In this document: in pieces, positions 60,617 through 63,275 of the stretch
How positions within the stretch are numbered: position 1 is the first letter of the stretch
How the letters are laid out: every line of letters starts with the position of its first letter
Source: a virus
Virus record (IMG/VR): IMGVR_UViG_3300045988_139407
Reading direction: 5' to 3' (one strand)
DNA length: 63,275 nucleotides
Notes under the pieces: model-generated
What the model was told of the DNA's origin: nothing
What the model saw: only the letters and a program-made list of their open reading frames with translations
Databases searched by the model: none
Program-made: the position numbers and the translations under genes

Positions 60617-63275
60617 ATGTTTGACGAGCAAGACAGACAATATTTTTATAATGAGTTCAAGAACAATGGCTATGAAGTTGGTAGCTATGATGACTTCAAA
60701 AAGGACTTGAACAACAAGGAAGATCGTGACTGGTACTACAATGAGGCCAAGAACATGGGGTATGATGTGGGAACACAGGCAGACTTTGACAAGATGGTGC
60801 TGGAGCCAGCTCCATCTACTTCTGGTGGTGGTAAGCAGGTAGATACTTCTGCTACGACTCAGAGTGTAGGGAAGAAGGCTTCTACTGAGACTAAGCCGCA
60901 GGTGGCTCAACCAACAAAGAAGCAGGAAACAACAGACAAGGAGCCTGGTCTTATAGCAAAAGCCTTGGGTATGATTCCTACTGGTGTTCAGACGAGCAAC
61001 GGAACATATCAGCCATCACCAGAGATTCCTCAGCCTGTTGTAAAAGGTGAGGAAATGCCTGTGAAGGAAGAAGCTTCTTCTTCATCATCAGCTAATGCGT
61101 CTCCTGTTACAACACCAACTGGTGTGGTGAATAATGAGGGGTTGATGGATGCCAAACTTGCCAACTATATTGAGAACTGGAAGCAGAGACCGGATAAGGA
61201 GGGCGATTACTTTGCGAATATGGTTGCCGACTTGTTGGCTGATGGTACTGCCAATAGCAATGAGGAGGCAGTGAATATGGTGATGCCTGCTTTGTACAGA
61301 TATGCCAACCGTTCTGCCATGGACGTTACCAACCAGGTAGTATCTTCTTTGCCTGATGATACGGTGCAGGATGCTGAGCAGAGTATCGATGCGCAATGGT
61401 ATAGCCATGGCGTGCAGGATAAGTTGAAGCAGGAGGCAGACAGCATGGGTATCAGTTATGATGACTATGTGGCTAAGTTCCTGAAACCAGCAATGGTGCA
61501 GAGTCTGGTGAACAAATATGGTCCGAACTACCGCAATATAGCCGAGGGCATCGCTACACGCCTCTATGCTCACGATGAGAATGTACAGGACAGACTGATG
61601 AACCAGGACATCAATGATGCTCTTTCTAGTGTTATCAATAAGTATGTGAATCCATCTGTAGTGGATGAGTACAACAAGGCTCAGGAGGCAGGCAGTAAGG
61701 CCTTTTCGGAGGGAATGGAAGGAAGCCAGTTTATTCCGGCTAATCTTCGTCTGGGTACAGCACTTGGTGCTCAGTATGAGGCAAACGAGGCCAAGGATCC
61801 TGCAAAGGTGCTTTCTAGTTTGCAGATGAAGTTTGGCAAGCTCTACCGGAATCCGGAGTTCCTGAATGATATGAGCAATGCGGCATTTAAGGTGATGCAG
61901 CGATATGGATTGAATGGCACTCTGAATGGTGATCCTAAGCAGTTCAAGCCGATGATCAATTCTGTTCTTAAAAATGAACTCGATCAGTTGGAGATTAAGG
62001 GTATGATGCCTAAGGGTAGTGCTGAGTACATCATGAAGACTGGTTTGGGTAACACTATTGTGGGTAAGATTACTCGTAAGGCTGTTCAGACGGACTATCA
62101 GAACTGGCTGGAGGATATTGCCAATCAGCAGTATCAACCTGGCTTTTGGGAGAACGTGGCTAGTGGTGCTCTGACCTTTGCAGGTGATGCCTGGAGTTAT
62201 TGGTTGCCGGGAGCAGCAGGTGGCAAGTTGACCAAGAGCATGATTGCCAAGGCTGAGGGCAGACTGGCTGGTGACCTCATGGCTAAGGGCATGGAGCGCA
62301 GGGTGGCTGAGCGAGCTGCCAAGGTGCTTATCGGTAAGAGTAAGGCCGAGACTTTGAAGAGTGGAGCCGTGCATGGTGCTGTTACCTTTGGTGGTCAGTC
62401 GGCTATTTCAAAGCCTATTGATGAGGTTTATCGTACTGGTCAATTTGATGAAAATGGCAAGATTTACAATCCTTCCGTGGGTAAGGTTATCGCTAATACT
62501 TTGGGCGAGGTGGCTAAACAGACAGCCGTAGGTGCTATCATGCAGGGTGGAACCATCGCTAACATGGTAGGTAAGGGCAGAGGCTTGGCTACCAATATTC
62601 TTGCTGATGTTGGTGGAAAGGTAGTGGATTCCGGTATCATGACCGGGCAGCAGATACTGGAGCGCATGGCGCATGACCCTAACTTTAAGCCTACAGGCAA
62701 GGATGCGGCTGAAACTTTCTTGGAGAGTGGTGCTAATCTTTTGTCTATTGGTTTCCCTGGTTTTGTGGGCAAGTATGCCCGATTCAAGGATGCGAGGGAG
62801 TTTAATAAGAAGTTTGACTTCACAGATCAGGATATTGCCGAGTTGAAACGATTCGGCTATGATGGTCTTCGTGATGCCTTCGAGAAGGTGGGCATCGGGG
62901 AGTATACCGTGGTTGGCGAAAATGCCCAGCGACTTGATGGACAACTTACCCAGAAGTATATGGACCTGATGAACGACAAGAGCGTGCCGGAGGTGTTGAA
63001 GGCTAAGATGATGGCAGTTGTAGAAGGCAAACGACCTTCTTCTTTCTCGCCTGTTATTGATAGCGAGGTATATAGAGGTGACGATGGTAAGTACTATTTG
63101 GAAACCTATAATAAGGATGGAGGCGTAATCGACCGCAAGGAGTATTCTTCTCATGATGCTGCACGTAATGATGAGAAGAAACTGGAGTATGAGAAGACTC
63201 TTGGTTTGGCTTCTGTGCTGGAAGGTGAGTTCCACAATGAGTTTACGCAGGAGCATCTTGAAGGCTTATACAACA
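60617..63275 (+). CDS. 5' part of the giant ORF (runs off the window end and continues at nt 1)
   Basis: ATG at 60617 is preceded by an in-frame TAA at 60611-60613. Hand translation (MFDEQDRQYFYNEFKNNGYEVGSYDDF...) meets no stop up to nt 63275. The absence of any reported + ORF here fits an ORF lacking a stop inside the window. Two N-terminal GY[ED]VG..DF repeats and Gly-rich hydrophobic stretches are present. Confidence 0.85.
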   Translation, partial: MFDEQDRQYFYNEFKNNGYEVGSYDDFKKDLNNKEDRDWYYNEAKNMGYDVGTQADFDKMVLEPAPSTSGGGKQVDTSATTQSVGKKASTETKPQVAQPTKKQETTDKEPGLIAKALGMIPTGVQTSNGTYQPSPEIPQPVVKGEEMPVKEEASSSSSANASPVTTPTGVVNNEGLMDAKLANYIENWKQRPDKEGDYFANMVADLLADGTANSNEEAVNMVMPALYRYANRSAMDVTNQVVSSLPDDTVQDAEQSIDAQWYSHGVQDKLKQEADSMGISYDDYVAKFLKPAMVQSLVNKYGPNYRNIAEGIATRLYAHDENVQDRLMNQDINDALSSVINKYVNPSVVDEYNKAQEAGSKAFSEGMEGSQFIPANLRLGTALGAQYEANEAKDPAKVLSSLQMKFGKLYRNPEFLNDMSNAAFKVMQRYGLNGTLNGDPKQFKPMINSVLKNELDQLEIKGMMPKGSAEYIMKTGLGNTIVGKITRKAVQTDYQNWLEDIANQQYQPGFWENVASGALTFAGDAWSYWLPGAAGGKLTKSMIAKAEGRLAGDLMAKGMERRVAERAAKVLIGKSKAETLKSGAVHGAVTFGGQSAISKPIDEVYRTGQFDENGKIYNPSVGKVIANTLGEVAKQTAVGAIMQGGTIANMVGKGRGLATNILADVGGKVVDSGIMTGQQILERMAHDPNFKPTGKDAAETFLESGANLLSIGFPGFVGKYARFKDAREFNKKFDFTDQDIAELKRFGYDGLRDAFEKVGIGEYTVVGENAQRLDGQLTQKYMDLMNDKSVPEVLKAKMMAVVEGKRPSSFSPVIDSEVYRGDDGKYYLETYNKDGGVIDRKEYSSHDAARNDEKKLEYEKTLGLASVLEGEFHNEFTQEHLEGLYN
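63157..63275. repeat. Terminal direct repeat, identical to nt 1-119
   Basis: Same 119-nt string as the window start. Confidence 0.95.

Larger units (their letters stand above)
1..63156. mobile_element. Complete temperate phage genome (unique length 63,156 bp), podovirus-like gene content, probable Bacteroidota host
   Basis: The 119-nt terminal overlap closes the contig. Portal, large terminase, scaffold, capsid, fibre, lysis, replication, C5-methylase, repressor and tyrosine integrase genes are all present. No tail tube/sheath/tape-measure gene was recognised. TAnnTTTG -7 boxes lie upstream of operons. Confidence 0.8.

Noticed and set aside
61088-63256. Minus-strand ORFs 61088..62374 (428 aa) and 62408..63256 (282 aa), the only ORFs the track reports at the window end
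   Set aside because: The plus strand here is open in the frame that continues into nt 1-12757 and encodes normal protein sequence. The track omits it only because it has no stop inside the window. The minus-strand translations look like shadows.
63157-63275. The 119-nt terminal direct repeat as biological direct terminal repeats or a packaging end
   Set aside because: The repeat is exact and falls in the middle of an uninterrupted coding frame. Its length is that of a typical de Bruijn k-mer overlap. It is best explained as circular closure of an assembly and says nothing about the physical ends of virion DNA.
1-63275. Search by eye for tRNA/tmRNA genes, a reverse transcriptase/DGR, CRISPR-Cas, a DNA polymerase, a helicase/primase, a prohead protease, and tail tube/sheath/tape-measure genes
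   Set aside because: No ORF or intergenic segment showed the corresponding hallmarks. These include T-loop GTTCGAATC-like sequences, YxDD, DxD polymerase motifs, and Walker A helicases other than terL. Absence judged by eye is weak evidence and should be confirmed with tRNAscan and profile searches.

Overview
The window is one complete dsDNA phage genome that closes on itself. Nt 1-119 are identical to nt 63157-63275, so the unique length is 63,156 bp.

Gene content points to a temperate, podovirus-like phage:
- A tyrosine integrase and a tandem-HTH repressor are present.
- No tail tube, sheath or tape-measure gene was recognised.

The host is probably a member of the Bacteroidota. The evidence is TAnnTTTG -7 boxes, a Bacteroidales-style integrase N-terminus and the absence of Shine-Dalgarno sequences.

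Modules around the circle:
- **Internal/ejection block (58792-60584):** this leads into a single giant ORF (60617..end, continuing 1..12757; 15,297 nt, 5,098 aa, about 24% of the genome). The ORF carries several enzyme-like motif sets in the style of a polyvalent protein.
- **Packaging and head genes:** portal (13535-15586). A minus-strand packaging operon holds a small DNA-binding candidate, a minimal rhomboid-like membrane protease and the large terminase (19445-16300). Scaffold and major capsid follow (19540-21958).
- **Connector and fibre genes (22061-30116).**
- **Lysis:** amidase endolysin (30719-31144) and, separately, a late operon with a holin candidate and a u-spanin candidate (35062-36165).
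- **Minus-strand late operon (42154-37697):** includes a 977-aa structural protein.
- **Long minus-strand early operon (54265-42274):** contains an ASCH protein, a DUF2829/Tad2-like protein and a C5 cytosine methyltransferase. It also contains a replisome-organiser gene with an embedded TGTGCCC iteron array, a VRR-NUC nuclease and many small unknown ORFs.
- **Lysogeny module (54686-58125):** repressor, two low-GC membrane 'moron' genes and the integrase.

Most notable observations:
- the giant wrap-around ORF;
- two roughly 1.1-kb same-strand ORFs fully open over each other inside the methyltransferase gene, each carrying part of the canonical C5-MTase motif set;
- a 19-nt palindrome-containing motif with an invariant 21-nt spacer to a -7 box in front of five late operons;
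- the phage-encoded rhomboid-like protein;
- an ori-like iteron plus AT-rich arrangement inside the replication gene.

No tRNA, rRNA, CRISPR array, reverse transcriptase or DNA polymerase was recognised. All functional calls come from reading motifs by eye, and no database search was run.
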